Positions 38,946 to 48,438 of a DNA stretch of 64,000 bases are shown here, piece by piece; the first letter of the stretch is position 1; each line of letters starts with the position of its first letter. The notes under the pieces are model-generated. The model did no database searches and had not been told where the DNA came from. It worked only from the letters and a program-made list of their open reading frames with translations. Made by a program: the position numbers and the translations under genes. Location of the stretch: the sequence record PQ390715.1, one strand, 5' to 3'.

Positions 38946-39496
38946 AATAGTTCCTTATACATATGATGTACTTTACAAATCTCATTATAGTATTTCATAT
39001 CAATGTCATTTGTATTAAAAACGGAAACAGACAATACTGCTAACTTATCAATTAAGTAATTATTATCGGCGTACTGTTTTAACTTATTGAACATATAGAT
39101 GCATTTTATACTTAATTCATCATGCAACACACTGTTCTGAAAAATATTCTCTTCAGTATTAGGAGATAAGTAATCTTCAATTATATACGATAAACTACTA
39201 TCGCAATCTTTATAGATTGAAATTGATGGATGTAATGTGTCATACATTACACTAAACAGATCACCGTCATATGTGGATATTAAACTATTATTGGAAACAG
39301 TAGGATGATAATATTTCAGTACTGAAAACTTTGAACAATCAGTGCAGTAAAAATGATCCATCCCTCGACGACTTTCGTATGAGAATAGTTTACTTGTATA
39401 TTCAATCCCTTTGGTGCGACGGATTGTTTCATGCATTTCTGCACATTGCATTAAAATTACCATACGTTCAAACGCAAGATCTAAATCATCGTACAT
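38936..39496 (-). CDS. family A paralogue
   Basis: TEENIFQNSVLHD. Confidence 0.75.
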   Translation of the reverse strand: MYDDLDLAFERMVILMQCAEMHETIRRTKGIEYTSKLFSYESRRGMDHFYCTDCSKFSVLKYYHPTVSNNSLISTYDGDLFSVMYDTLHPSISIYKDCDSSLSYIIEDYLSPNTEENIFQNSVLHDELSIKCIYMFNKLKQYADNNYLIDKLAVLSVSVFNTNDIDMKYYNEICKVHHMYKELLCQ

Positions 39497-39677
39497 AACG
39501 GATATCCTTCTTCAACGAATTAATATATTCCAAAATAACTTGTTCCTGATATTGGGTTCCCAAGTACATCAGTACTTTCAACTCTTTGAATTCAGTACTA
39601 TATGAGTCTGTTTGCATCATTCTAGTAGAATATATATTGAATAGTTTAGCAATATCATCTTGGTCTATTATTTTCAT
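39486..39677 (-). CDS. family B paralogue (dispersed)
   Basis: MYLGTQYQEQV. Confidence 0.75.
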   Translation of the reverse strand: MKIIDQDDIAKLFNIYSTRMMQTDSYSTEFKELKVLMYLGTQYQEQVILEYINSLKKDIRYVR

Positions 39678-39873
39678 TAACCCTCTTCTGAATTAGTTCC
39701 TGTAAGTGCTGAATATAACCCTTCATTGCAACATCCTGTTTGTTAGAGCCAACGAAGAACAAGAGCTTAAAGTCATGGTAATCCATTTTTGGTTTAGTAG
39801 TGAACCATATGTCCCACACTGCACTCACAGTTCTCATGTATTCAATTCGATTAAATGTTTTTGAATACTTCAT
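39655..39873 (-). CDS. family B paralogue (dispersed)
   Basis: FFVGSNKQDVA. Confidence 0.7.
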   Translation of the reverse strand: MKYSKTFNRIEYMRTVSAVWDIWFTTKPKMDYHDFKLLFFVGSNKQDVAMKGYIQHLQELIQKRVNENNRPR

Positions 39874-40387
39874 CGATGTTCATTGCCAATAAGTTAATAT
39901 ACAAATTACTGTTAAATGCTATCTGCAATTCCATATAGAACTGAATGATTGCATAGTCAGGGTCAGTACACGATAGTTGAAAACACTGTTCGTCAAATGC
40001 ATTGTAATTGTACTTAGGGATGTGAATTTCACGCTTCAAATCAGGTTGACCCCACTTCATCGCGTATACACCAATGTTATTGTTCTTTTTCCTTTTCTTA
40101 AATGTTAATTGTTGAATATTTCCTGCGTTATCCAGGAAAATAGAATTATTCGACACAGGTGCACCAATAGAAAACAATGATGTATCAATTACGTGTTTCT
40201 CACGTACATCACACTTCTGAAATGCACCTGTACCCTGTAATACACGATGAAAATTGTACTTCTCATTAACAACAGTACTAGGATCAATTAAACCAGTACT
40301 ACATTTTTTGAGTACTGGTACGATGATACGAATCTTTTTTGATAAATCTTGTAATGCATCAAAGTCATTGATGTTAACTTTCATCAC
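39851..40387 (-). CDS. family A paralogue
   Basis: FDEQCFQLSCTD. Confidence 0.72.
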   Translation of the reverse strand: MMKVNINDFDALQDLSKKIRIIVPVLKKCSTGLIDPSTVVNEKYNFHRVLQGTGAFQKCDVREKHVIDTSLFSIGAPVSNNSIFLDNAGNIQQLTFKKRKKNNNIGVYAMKWGQPDLKREIHIPKYNYNAFDEQCFQLSCTDPDYAIIQFYMELQIAFNSNLYINLLAMNIDEVFKNI

Positions 40388-40833
40388 TCAAATGTGGCCT
40401 CTTCAGTAGTAACAAAATTGATTAGTGTATCCAGTTCAGCAGTGTCAAGATAAAATACATCCAGTACTGATTTCTGATATATTACACTGAATGTGCATAG
40501 ATTGTCAAGTGTTCCTTGTTCATAAACAGTACTACCCTGGAAGTACCCTTCTTCAGTACTCAGGGATAAAATGTCTGAAATTTTAAAAGATTCTTCAGTC
40601 GCATGTCTTTCTATATTAACTAAATGTCCGTTTCGGTTCAATGAAATATAATCGTATGCTAACTCAATTAGACTATAATTATCCGCATTAGTGTCAAATA
40701 AAGCGACAATTTTTCGTCTCAATCTCTCATCGTGATCATGGTTTTCATCAGCTAAGTATTCAGGATTTTCTTTGAAGAACTGAACAACTTTTAGAATATC
40801 ATTTGCTTTCTTGATTGCACTTTCGTAACTCAT
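40384..40833 (-). CDS. family A paralogue (long type)
   Basis: TEEGYFQGSTVY...FYLD. Confidence 0.75.
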   Translation of the reverse strand: MSYESAIKKANDILKVVQFFKENPEYLADENHDHDERLRRKIVALFDTNADNYSLIELAYDYISLNRNGHLVNIERHATEESFKISDILSLSTEEGYFQGSTVYEQGTLDNLCTFSVIYQKSVLDVFYLDTAELDTLINFVTTEEATFE

Positions 40834-41138
40834 AATAATTCAACCACTCCATCTCTAAAGTACATATAACTACCACCATTGGATACCTTGAATTCTATTG
40901 TCCCCAATAATATATTATATTTTTTTATTTCACATGTAGTACTGGTAGTGTAAGGCTCACCATCTCCTAAGTACATTGACATATGACATAGAACTTTTCT
41001 ACCTGCATATTTCTCTTCAAACGATTGTTCAAAACTATGCATAATTTGATTTAAAGCTGAAATGTAATTAATAAAGTCAGGTATTTCTGTCAATGAATTA
41101 TAAACCGTACAAAGTGAATCAAATTCATTTTTAGTCAT
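40830..41138 (-). CDS. family C small paralogue (dispersed)
   Basis: EEKYAGRKVLC. Confidence 0.7.
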   Translation of the reverse strand: MTKNEFDSLCTVYNSLTEIPDFINYISALNQIMHSFEQSFEEKYAGRKVLCHMSMYLGDGEPYTTSTTCEIKKYNILLGTIEFKVSNGGSYMYFRDGVVELL

Positions 41139-41452
41139 TATATTTCTATCTCAATGTAATCCTGTGTGATTAAGTAATCCCAATGATACTTCACCTGCTT
41201 TTGTAATTCAATTAACGTAAAGAAGTTGATCGATTTATCCCATACGAGCGATTCCTGGAAAATAAATGATTCATGTTCATCGTAATAATCACACTCTAAA
41301 AAATCAGGTATATATTCACTATCGTGAATGTATTCAACAAACGAACTAGCTTGGCATTTCTTTACTACTAGTAATAATGAATTATCATGATCAAACAGAT
41401 ACAATAAACTAATTTCACCAGGGACGTACTGAACACTGAATAAGTTTTTCAT
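41138..41452 (-). CDS. family A paralogue (short type)
   Basis: HESFIFQESLVWD. Confidence 0.75.
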   Translation of the reverse strand: MKNLFSVQYVPGEISLLYLFDHDNSLLLVVKKCQASSFVEYIHDSEYIPDFLECDYYDEHESFIFQESLVWDKSINFFTLIELQKQVKYHWDYLITQDYIEIEI

Positions 41453-41901
41453 TCTATACCTTCTGGATCTTTACGAAGTTCTTCGAAATCCAAATAAAAT
41501 CGAGGACAGTTAACACTCTTTAAGTACCACATAATAACTAATGCTTCAAGTACTTCATCATCGTAAACAGTACTGTTTTGGAAGTAATACTCTTCACTAT
41601 CCCACGGACCATCCAGTACTTCATAATTCAAAATTAATGGTTTTTTGCGATTAATAAAACGAATGCTACCATTTTCAACATAACTAATAAATTCTGCATC
41701 TCTATTGTATTCAGAAAACGATATAGGACTATTGGAATTCAACCCAAGAATAACCCTTACACCCACGGAGTTATTATACATTTCATCTTTGTAGTAGTTG
41801 CCGTTCTCGGCTTTGTACACTTCTTTGAACTTTCCTGCCTTTATATCGTCAAAGTATCCATGTAGTTCTTTTGCTTTTTCAAGAGCACTTTGTAATGACA
41901 T
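41449..41901 (-). CDS. family A paralogue, MSLQSALE subfamily
   Basis: VLDGPWDSEEYYFQNSTVY. Confidence 0.8.
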   Translation of the reverse strand: MSLQSALEKAKELHGYFDDIKAGKFKEVYKAENGNYYKDEMYNNSVGVRVILGLNSNSPISFSEYNRDAEFISYVENGSIRFINRKKPLILNYEVLDGPWDSEEYYFQNSTVYDDEVLEALVIMWYLKSVNCPRFYLDFEELRKDPEGIE

Positions 41902-42367
41902 TACCTTCTCCTACAGTATTCTCTACATATTCATAATCAAAATAGAAACTACTGGAGTCAATACTTTTGAAATACCACATAATTACAATAACATCTAATT
42001 CTTCTTCATTGTACAACGTACTATTCTGGAAGTAATATTCTTCACTATCCCACGGTCCTTCCAGTACTGAATAAGGAATGATAGTGTCATCAGCATCACT
42101 ATCTGTGTTGTAGATGGTAATATCTTCATTACGGCAATAACTAATGTACTGATTGTACATATGATATTCACAGTTATCACTGTCACCAGTATCAGTGTGC
42201 AGTACTAATGTTTCTGCACATATCTCGGACTCGTCATAATCGTCACGGTCTTTTACAAAAAATTCAGTATCAGATGTTTTATATACACCTGGTACTGAAC
42301 CTTCCTGTACCATAATCATGTACTCATGAATCTTCTTTGCTTCTTTCAATGCACTTTGTAATGACAT
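41879..42367 (-). CDS. family A paralogue, MSLQSALE subfamily
   Basis: VLEGPWDSEEYYFQNSTLY. Confidence 0.8.
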   Translation of the reverse strand: MSLQSALKEAKKIHEYMIMVQEGSVPGVYKTSDTEFFVKDRDDYDESEICAETLVLHTDTGDSDNCEYHMYNQYISYCRNEDITIYNTDSDADDTIIPYSVLEGPWDSEEYYFQNSTLYNEEELDVIVIMWYFKSIDSSSFYFDYEYVENTVGEGNVITKCS

Positions 42368-42810
42368 TACAAATCCCCTGTACTTAAATATTCACATGCT
42401 CCCCAGTCAAGAAAGAATGGTTCAAAATTCAATTCCTTAAAGTACCACAACACAACCAAGGAATCAAGAATTTCTTGGTTAAAAATGAGACTCTGTTGGA
42501 AGTAATACTCTTCAGTACCCCACGGGCCATCAAGTACCCCGAAGTCAACAGGTGTATTTGTTGTGTCAAAAGTAATCTTAGTACCTGGAATATATACAAA
42601 AAAATTAGTATATTGACTACATGAAGAGTACTGTATAGTATTGTCTTTATCCTGTCCCATAAGTAAAATATCATCAGAGTATGTCTTTATACCTGATAGA
42701 TAATACTCATCACCAAATGCACTTACTTTATCACCATAGAACCCACTTTTTATGTTATCGTGGAAGTGATGTATTCTGTGTGCTAGTTCAAGTGCACTTG
42801 CTAAACTCAT
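42367..42810 (-). CDS. family A paralogue, MSLQSALE subfamily
   Basis: VLDGPWGTEEYYFQQSLIF. Confidence 0.8.
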   Translation of the reverse strand: MSLASALELAHRIHHFHDNIKSGFYGDKVSAFGDEYYLSGIKTYSDDILLMGQDKDNTIQYSSCSQYTNFFVYIPGTKITFDTTNTPVDFGVLDGPWGTEEYYFQQSLIFNQEILDSLVVLWYFKELNFEPFFLDWGACEYLSTGDL

Positions 42811-43277
42811 ATATCCTCTTTAATAACTCGTAGTAGATCCAAGTCCAAATAGAAGCTAGGACAATCTGTATTATTAAAGTACCACAGAATGACAAGCTTG
42901 TCAAGTACATCTTCCTCGTAGATAGTATTCTGCTGGAAGTAGTACTCTTCACTTCCCCAGTCATTATCCAGTACTGAATACGGAAGATGTTTCTCTGCTG
43001 CACCAGATATAATGTCAGAATCTTGTATTAAAATATCAGCATCACGACAGAAGTACATGTAATTATCTTCCAAATTAACATCACACCCATTGAGTGTTGT
43101 TTCAGAAGAATCTAAGTTTTCTTCATACATGTGAATGTACTCACTACTGTCATCGTATCTCATTCGACAATATGATTTACCTTCCTTGAATAGATATCCA
43201 TTAAGACAATTTGCTACAATTTCTTTGCTGCATAAATCAATTAACTTCGCAATCTCTAATGCTCTTTCTAAACTCAT
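42807..43277 (-). CDS. family A paralogue, MSLQSALE subfamily
   Basis: VLDNDWGSEEYYFQQNTIY. Confidence 0.8.
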   Translation of the reverse strand: MSLERALEIAKLIDLCSKEIVANCLNGYLFKEGKSYCRMRYDDSSEYIHMYEENLDSSETTLNGCDVNLEDNYMYFCRDADILIQDSDIISGAAEKHLPYSVLDNDWGSEEYYFQQNTIYEEDVLDKLVILWYFNNTDCPSFYLDLDLLRVIKEDI

Positions 43278-43278
43278 T

Positions 43279-43770
43279 TCAACCCCTGTTAATACCGTTA
43301 TCTACAGTTTTCTTTACGTATTTGTAATCGAAATAGAAGTTCCCAGAACCAATACTTTTAAAGTACCACATAATTATAATAACATCAAGTACTTCATTAT
43401 CATATACAGTACTTTGTTGGAAGTAATACTCTTCACTATCCCACGGACCTTCCAGTACTTCACTCGGAATTATAATGTCATTGGAATCGCTGTCAGTACT
43501 GTTGATGGTATCTGTATCATTAATATAGACCATGTACTCATTATGCATATTAATGAAGCATTCATAATCATTAGGGTCGGTATCTAGTATGCACGTTTCT
43601 GTATCCAGTACGCACGTTTCTGTATCTGAGCAGTCATTATAAAGGAGGTTATCCGGTACATAATATTGAGTACTTGTGTCTTTGAAAACACCGTAAACTG
43701 AACCTTCTTTTGCCATATTCATGTACTCATGAATCTTCTTTGCTTTTTCCAATGAACTCTGTAATGTCAT
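43279..43770 (-). CDS. family A paralogue, MSLQSALE subfamily
   Basis: VLEGPWDSEEYYFQQSTVY. Confidence 0.8.
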   Translation of the reverse strand: MTLQSSLEKAKKIHEYMNMAKEGSVYGVFKDTSTQYYVPDNLLYNDCSDTETCVLDTETCILDTDPNDYECFINMHNEYMVYINDTDTINSTDSDSNDIIIPSEVLEGPWDSEEYYFQQSTVYDNEVLDVIIIMWYFKSIGSGNFYFDYKYVKKTVDNGINRG

Positions 43771-43779
43771 TTTATAATC

Positions 43780-44139
43780 TCATATATTGAAATAATAATT
43801 ATTCGTTCTTGATGGGGATGGATTAAATACGTTTTCTTTTTCAAATCTCTTCATTTCATTTTGCAAAGAAACCATTTCTTCAAATGTACAGGAGTACTTA
43901 TTCTTATCAAACACTAATGCAGCCTGAAATAGTTCCCCATCGTCCAGTACTGTATAATCTATAAGACTCTCAGATTCATAGTCATAGTCGTCATGTGATA
44001 CATGAATAAATTTAAAACAAGAATCTTTGTAATGCATATATAAACTCAACTCATGTTCCGAGTCGCCCTTAATAAGATTACAGCACAAGTCCCATCCTTT
44101 AGGTAACTTATAATAGTACATAGAATAATCATATGTCAT
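43780..44139 (-). CDS. family A paralogue (short type)
   Basis: DYTVLDDGELFQAALVFDK. Confidence 0.78.
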   Translation of the reverse strand: MTYDYSMYYYKLPKGWDLCCNLIKGDSEHELSLYMHYKDSCFKFIHVSHDDYDYESESLIDYTVLDDGELFQAALVFDKNKYSCTFEEMVSLQNEMKRFEKENVFNPSPSRTNNYYFNI

Positions 44140-44492
44140 TCTTGAATTCCTAAATTGAATTTGTATTCTTGATTAATACTTGCATTGGGTTTATGCAAAG
44201 CAGCATACTCTTTCATTTCATTTTGTATTGCAATAACTTCTTCAAATGTACACAAGTACTTCTTATCAAATACTAATGATTCTTGGAATAGTTCTGCGGT
44301 ATCCATTAATGTATAGTCCGGCATATCTTGGTGTGGATACTGTAATGAACTGTAATCAATGAATGTAAATTTACCCTGAGTGTAATGAATATACTCATTT
44401 GCACTGTGCATTAAATCACCTTTGTTTAAATTACAAAAGTACTGATAACTGTGCTTGAAAGTATGTACTGATATTAAAAAATCAAATTCCAT
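44136..44492 (-). CDS. family A paralogue (short type)
   Basis: DYTLMDTAELFQESLVFDK. Confidence 0.78.
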   Translation of the reverse strand: MEFDFLISVHTFKHSYQYFCNLNKGDLMHSANEYIHYTQGKFTFIDYSSLQYPHQDMPDYTLMDTAELFQESLVFDKKYLCTFEEVIAIQNEMKEYAALHKPNASINQEYKFNLGIQE

Positions 44493-44863
44493 CAGTACTC
44501 AACCTCTACATAAATAGATTCAGGAAACTTAGTCATATAATCTTCTGGATAGTTCTGCATTACTTTGATCATTTCTGCCTGTGTAGCACGGACGTATTCA
44601 ATTGGTGCTCCTGGTAAATTCCAGACAGTACTTTCCTGAAAGAATTCCTCTTCTGACAGTACTGTCAGATTTACAAAATCATTACGGTAATTTTTTGAAT
44701 CATCATATGTGAAGATTTTAAAAGACCCATTTTCATATAGTACAAGAACAAAATGGGAGAATTTTTGTAATGCACCACCAAGGCTTTCCACGACCGCATG
44801 ATTCAGTGTACAGATGACCTCTTTTTTCCTCATACCGAATTGAATTCTAATTTCTTTTTTCAT
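44492..44863 (-). CDS. family A paralogue (short type)
   Basis: NLTVLSEEEFFQESTVW. Confidence 0.78.
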   Translation of the reverse strand: MKKEIRIQFGMRKKEVICTLNHAVVESLGGALQKFSHFVLVLYENGSFKIFTYDDSKNYRNDFVNLTVLSEEEFFQESTVWNLPGAPIEYVRATQAEMIKVMQNYPEDYMTKFPESIYVEVEY

Positions 44864-45021
44864 AAAATCTCCTTCAGATTAGTACTGAATTTGTACAGAA
44901 TATTAGAACTGTATACAGCCTCTGTATCTGTATCCATAATCAAATCACCTTTGTTTAAATTACAAAAGTACTGATAACTGTGCTTAAAAGAATGTACTGA
45001 TATTAAAAAATCAAATTCCAT
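44860..45021 (-). pseudogene. truncated family A gene fragment (53 aa)
   Basis: MEFDFLISVHSFKHSYQYFCNLNKGDLIMDTDTEAVYSSNILYKFSTNLKEIL*: same N-terminus as 44136..44492, no FQ motif. Confidence 0.65.
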
Positions 45022-45398
45022 CACACTTCCCCTAGATTGAAATGATTACAAAAATCATCTTCACCAGTACTGCACCAGATATCTATACATTCCCTGTGAA
45101 TACATTTAATTCTACGCTGTAATTCAATCATCTCTTCTAATGTACAGATGTACTTCTTATCAAATACTAATGCCGCCTGAAACAGTGCAGCATCATCAAG
45201 TACTGTATAGTCCAACATCTCGGTTGCTTTACCCCTAAACCCAGTACTAAAATCCATCAAATAAAAGTCAGCATTCCAGTACTTTAAAATCTTGTCCCTA
45301 GCGTAGTTTAAATCACCCTTGTATAAGTTAGAGTGCGTAACTAACTCACCAGTGTACATCCATGTCCTTGCACAAAATTCATTATATTTTATTTCCAT
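45021..45398 (-). CDS. family A paralogue (short type)
   Basis: DYTVLDDAALFQAALVFDK; start moved to MEIKYNEF. Confidence 0.75.
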   Translation of the reverse strand: MEIKYNEFCARTWMYTGELVTHSNLYKGDLNYARDKILKYWNADFYLMDFSTGFRGKATEMLDYTVLDDAALFQAALVFDKKYICTLEEMIELQRRIKCIHRECIDIWCSTGEDDFCNHFNLGEV

Positions 45399-45597
45399 CT
45401 TAATCTCTACTATAATTAATAAGGTAAACTCCAATATAAGGAGAACGTTCGGCGGCGGGGTATTTTTTGTTTCAAGAAACATGAACTGTACTCTGAAAAA
45501 CACAATATAAAACTTTATATTAAACATATACCTTAGCATGTTTTTCAGCGGAAATTTTTTTGACCCCCCCCCTGCGGCCTGTCAAAATGAAACGTCT

Positions 45598-45822
45598 CTA
45601 TTTATTCAGCCTAGAAACCTTGATTTCTTCAATCCTTTTCATTGCACAAAGCCTTCGACTCGTCCTCTCGTATATATTCAATACTCGCTGTAATGCATTA
45701 TCTGTATTATCTGCAACTGCAATCTGAACCAAATATGTATCCTTCAAAATAGAATCCATCATGAATTCAAAACCTTTCACACTAAAGCAATATGCCACTT
45801 CCGGCTCTTCAAACGTAATCAT
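45598..45822 (-). CDS. small hypothetical protein
   Basis: 74 aa; YLVQI...NALQRV. Confidence 0.6.
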   Translation of the reverse strand: MITFEEPEVAYCFSVKGFEFMMDSILKDTYLVQIAVADNTDNALQRVLNIYERTSRRLCAMKRIEEIKVSRLNK

Positions 45823-46039
45823 AATTCCAATCCCCTATTCCCTCTAACCTTCTAAGATATCTTGCGTAAATTATTTCGAAATATCGATGCAACGAAATTA
45901 CGGATTGTTCATAATCATCATTCCTGTACATTGTGCATGTAAGAAAATCATTTAAACCGTAATCTAAACTGCACTTAAACTTCTCCTTTGCAATATCACT
46001 ATTACTTGCACTTTTCATAATAAACCCTTTGTACCGCAT
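45809..46039 (-). CDS. small hypothetical protein
   Basis: Probable start MKSASN. Confidence 0.55.
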   Translation of the reverse strand: MRYKGFIMKSASNSDIAKEKFKCSLDYGLNDFLTCTMYRNDDYEQSVISLHRYFEIIYARYLRRLEGIGDWNYDYV

Positions 46040-46200
46040 TGGTGTACTGTGAACTCAGCACCACCAATAGGTAATCAATATTGTAAGCACGATTTCCTCG
46101 TTGACTAGCACGGCTGGAATAAAGAATATTATCCACATATGTATTGAACTGATCTTCAAATAACTCTTTCATCAGCATTATACCATCACATAATCATACA

Positions 46201-46815
46201 TCATACATTAACAACTTTATCGATGTAATCTTCTAACATATCAATATATCTGGTATTGGTTCTAACTAAAAGGTATGCAAATCCAGAAAACTCCTGTGTA
46301 TAATGCTTTACAGCGTACATACAACGAAGCTTATCATTGTCATACATTGTACTGTACTGAAACAAACTCTCGTCTGATAGCTCTAATAACGCTTGGGCTT
46401 CACTTCTCGTGAACTTCATAGGGTCATGTACTGCATCACAAAAACAAACCTGTGTCTCGCTATTGAAACCCTGTGATAGATATATACCTTCACACTCTGA
46501 ACGCACCGATACTGCATTATAACTATGTGTTGCCCCCATCATATCTGAACTCAAAACTAAAATCAACCCATTTTTATTTTTAATCAACAAATCTGACTTA
46601 AGGGATTTGATCTCCGTATGGGAAATATCACCAAATCTTCCTGGGACTTCAAACTTATCAACGTTGTATACAATCTTTTGTACTTGCTCTTTTAAACGCT
46701 TAATTGCACTTCTGTCTTTTTCTAATGTATCTAATAAACTCATTGTACTTTCCTTACATATTTGTACCGAACAAAACGGAACTTTGAATGCCATTAATCG
46801 ACACTTCATGTACAT
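46201..46815 (-). CDS. family A paralogue (likely start MSLLDTL)
   Basis: SDESLFQYSTMYD. Confidence 0.75.
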   Translation of the reverse strand: MYMKCRLMAFKVPFCSVQICKESTMSLLDTLEKDRSAIKRLKEQVQKIVYNVDKFEVPGRFGDISHTEIKSLKSDLLIKNKNGLILVLSSDMMGATHSYNAVSVRSECEGIYLSQGFNSETQVCFCDAVHDPMKFTRSEAQALLELSDESLFQYSTMYDNDKLRCMYAVKHYTQEFSGFAYLLVRTNTRYIDMLEDYIDKVVNV

Positions 46816-47098
46816 ATATATTTTGTCTGAACAAAGGAACTAATTGAACTAAACTCGTTTGCATAATAATATGCATATGTACATTGTCATATGCCGTTTC
46901 GTATTGAAAACGTGCTGCTTCATCTTCTATGAAATTCGGAACTTGGACTGGATTCTCAAAATTTGTCCTTGTACTGAACTGTACATCATTGTCCTGTACC
47001 TTAATACCATATGAATTATCATTGTTATCAACTACATCAAATTCAATTAAACTACCATCTTTACTGACGTTTACTATATAAACCGAAAATCGACTCAT
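46754..47098 (-). CDS. family A paralogue
   Basis: DEAARFQYETAYD. Confidence 0.7.
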   Translation of the reverse strand: MSRFSVYIVNVSKDGSLIEFDVVDNNDNSYGIKVQDNDVQFSTRTNFENPVQVPNFIEDEAARFQYETAYDNVHMHIIMQTSLVQLVPLFRQNIYVHEVSINGIQSSVLFGTNM

Positions 47099-47610
47099 AA
47101 ACCTATTTCCTCTAAATCTTTGACAAATGTATCATAATCCGATAATGACAAAAATATGTCTGTACTGATGTTCTGACGTAATGTATTAAACAAATTATGT
47201 ACCTGTAATAAATCAGGTGAATAAATCAGGGATTGCTGGAAATACGATTCTTCTGTATCTAATATATCCCTGCACTCAATTTCACGAACTCGTTGGTATA
47301 TTGAATTTAATAATACATTTTCATCTTTGAGCATTGGAAGGTATCGGATGTACATGTTCTCCATCAACTCATCTTGGATTGAACCCCTGAACTGCAACAC
47401 GTATTCAAAACACATCACTACATCTTGTAGGTAATTGGCACTGTACTGATTACTATACACGATTTTATGACAACTGAACTCGGAATCATTTCTGAACCAA
47501 TTGTTACCCTCTTTCCTGTACTTATGACTAAGCTTCCCATCCTCCAACGCTCGAATAAACTTCATAATGTTAATTGCAAAATCATATGAATGATGCTTGT
47601 GTTGATGCAT
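47095..47610 (-). CDS. family A paralogue (long type)
   Basis: TEESYFQQSLIY. Confidence 0.75.
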   Translation of the reverse strand: MHQHKHHSYDFAINIMKFIRALEDGKLSHKYRKEGNNWFRNDSEFSCHKIVYSNQYSANYLQDVVMCFEYVLQFRGSIQDELMENMYIRYLPMLKDENVLLNSIYQRVREIECRDILDTEESYFQQSLIYSPDLLQVHNLFNTLRQNISTDIFLSLSDYDTFVKDLEEIGL

Positions 47611-47618
47611 TTTTTACC

Positions 47619-47813
47619 TCAATTCTGTCCGAAAAAATAACCAAAATGTTTAAAGCAAGAAAGCATTACTATGTTCATCACTCTATCATCAAATTCATCT
47701 TGTGTTTCTGCACATAATGTTTCACTGATATTCATATGTAATAATTCAAGCTGGAAACTATCGGTGAACCAATCAAACTTACGGTATTTTTGTTTAATAT
47801 CAATTATAAGCAT
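47619..47813 (-). CDS. small hypothetical protein
   Basis: 64 aa, fills gap in run. Confidence 0.55.
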   Translation of the reverse strand: MLIIDIKQKYRKFDWFTDSFQLELLHMNISETLCAETQDEFDDRVMNIVMLSCFKHFGYFFGQN

Positions 47814-47814
47814 A

Positions 47815-48438
47815 CTATATATCCAACCCTTTTACAACATCTACGAAATGTTCAAACACTTCTTTTGAAAAATAACCTCCTTCACAAAAAAGCATACTAA
47901 ACGGTGGCAGCATGTCCGATAACTCTTTAGCTAAATTGATTTCTGCTCTTAACTCTTGAACATCAATGATATCATGTACTAAAGATAATTGAAACATGAA
48001 TGCATCTACATCTTCATTCATTTCTGAATTGTAATATAACTCTTCAGGGAATTTGTCGGTTTCGTAATAATAAAAAACTTTATTGTTGAACACACCACTA
48101 ATAGGAACATCATTTTCATCTTTCTTTGAAATGTTTGTTTCCCATGACTCGATGTTATTAGGAACAAAAAAATCATAGGCTGATTTAGAACCCTGTACTG
48201 AATCCAACTTTATTCCATAATATTCCGTATCCATGTATTTCTGCTGCAATGTAATACCACGTGTACTGACATTCACTTGGAATATATCATCTTTATCTGG
48301 AACACTAAATGGAATACATAACACTGAATTCTCAGGGTATTTGGCAATGAATGCATCCAGCACTTTATTAAGCACTGGAATGGCAATTTTACTGTACTGC
48401 ATCAAATCATACATTTTAATTCTGGTCATATCATTCAC
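47815..48438 (-). CDS. family A paralogue
   Basis: VDAFMFQLSLVHD. Confidence 0.75.
   Translation of the reverse strand: MNDMTRIKMYDLMQYSKIAIPVLNKVLDAFIAKYPENSVLCIPFSVPDKDDIFQVNVSTRGITLQQKYMDTEYYGIKLDSVQGSKSAYDFFVPNNIESWETNISKKDENDVPISGVFNNKVFYYYETDKFPEELYYNSEMNEDVDAFMFQLSLVHDIIDVQELRAEINLAKELSDMLPPFSMLFCEGGYFSKEVFEHFVDVVKGLDI

Larger units (their letters stand above)
44413..45023. repeat. 82-bp direct repeat (44413-44494 and 44942-45023)
   Basis: Two copies with 2 mismatches, each encoding MEFDFLISVH[T/S]FKHSYQYFCNLNKGDL. Confidence 0.9.

Noticed and set aside
41449-43770. EEYYFQ-[NQ]S resembles the TEV protease site ENLYFQ/S
   Set aside because: Across the family the consensus is EExxFQxS with a variable P3 and a conserved downstream helix, and no such cysteine protease is evident; treated as coincidence, though proteolytic processing at the motif was not tested.
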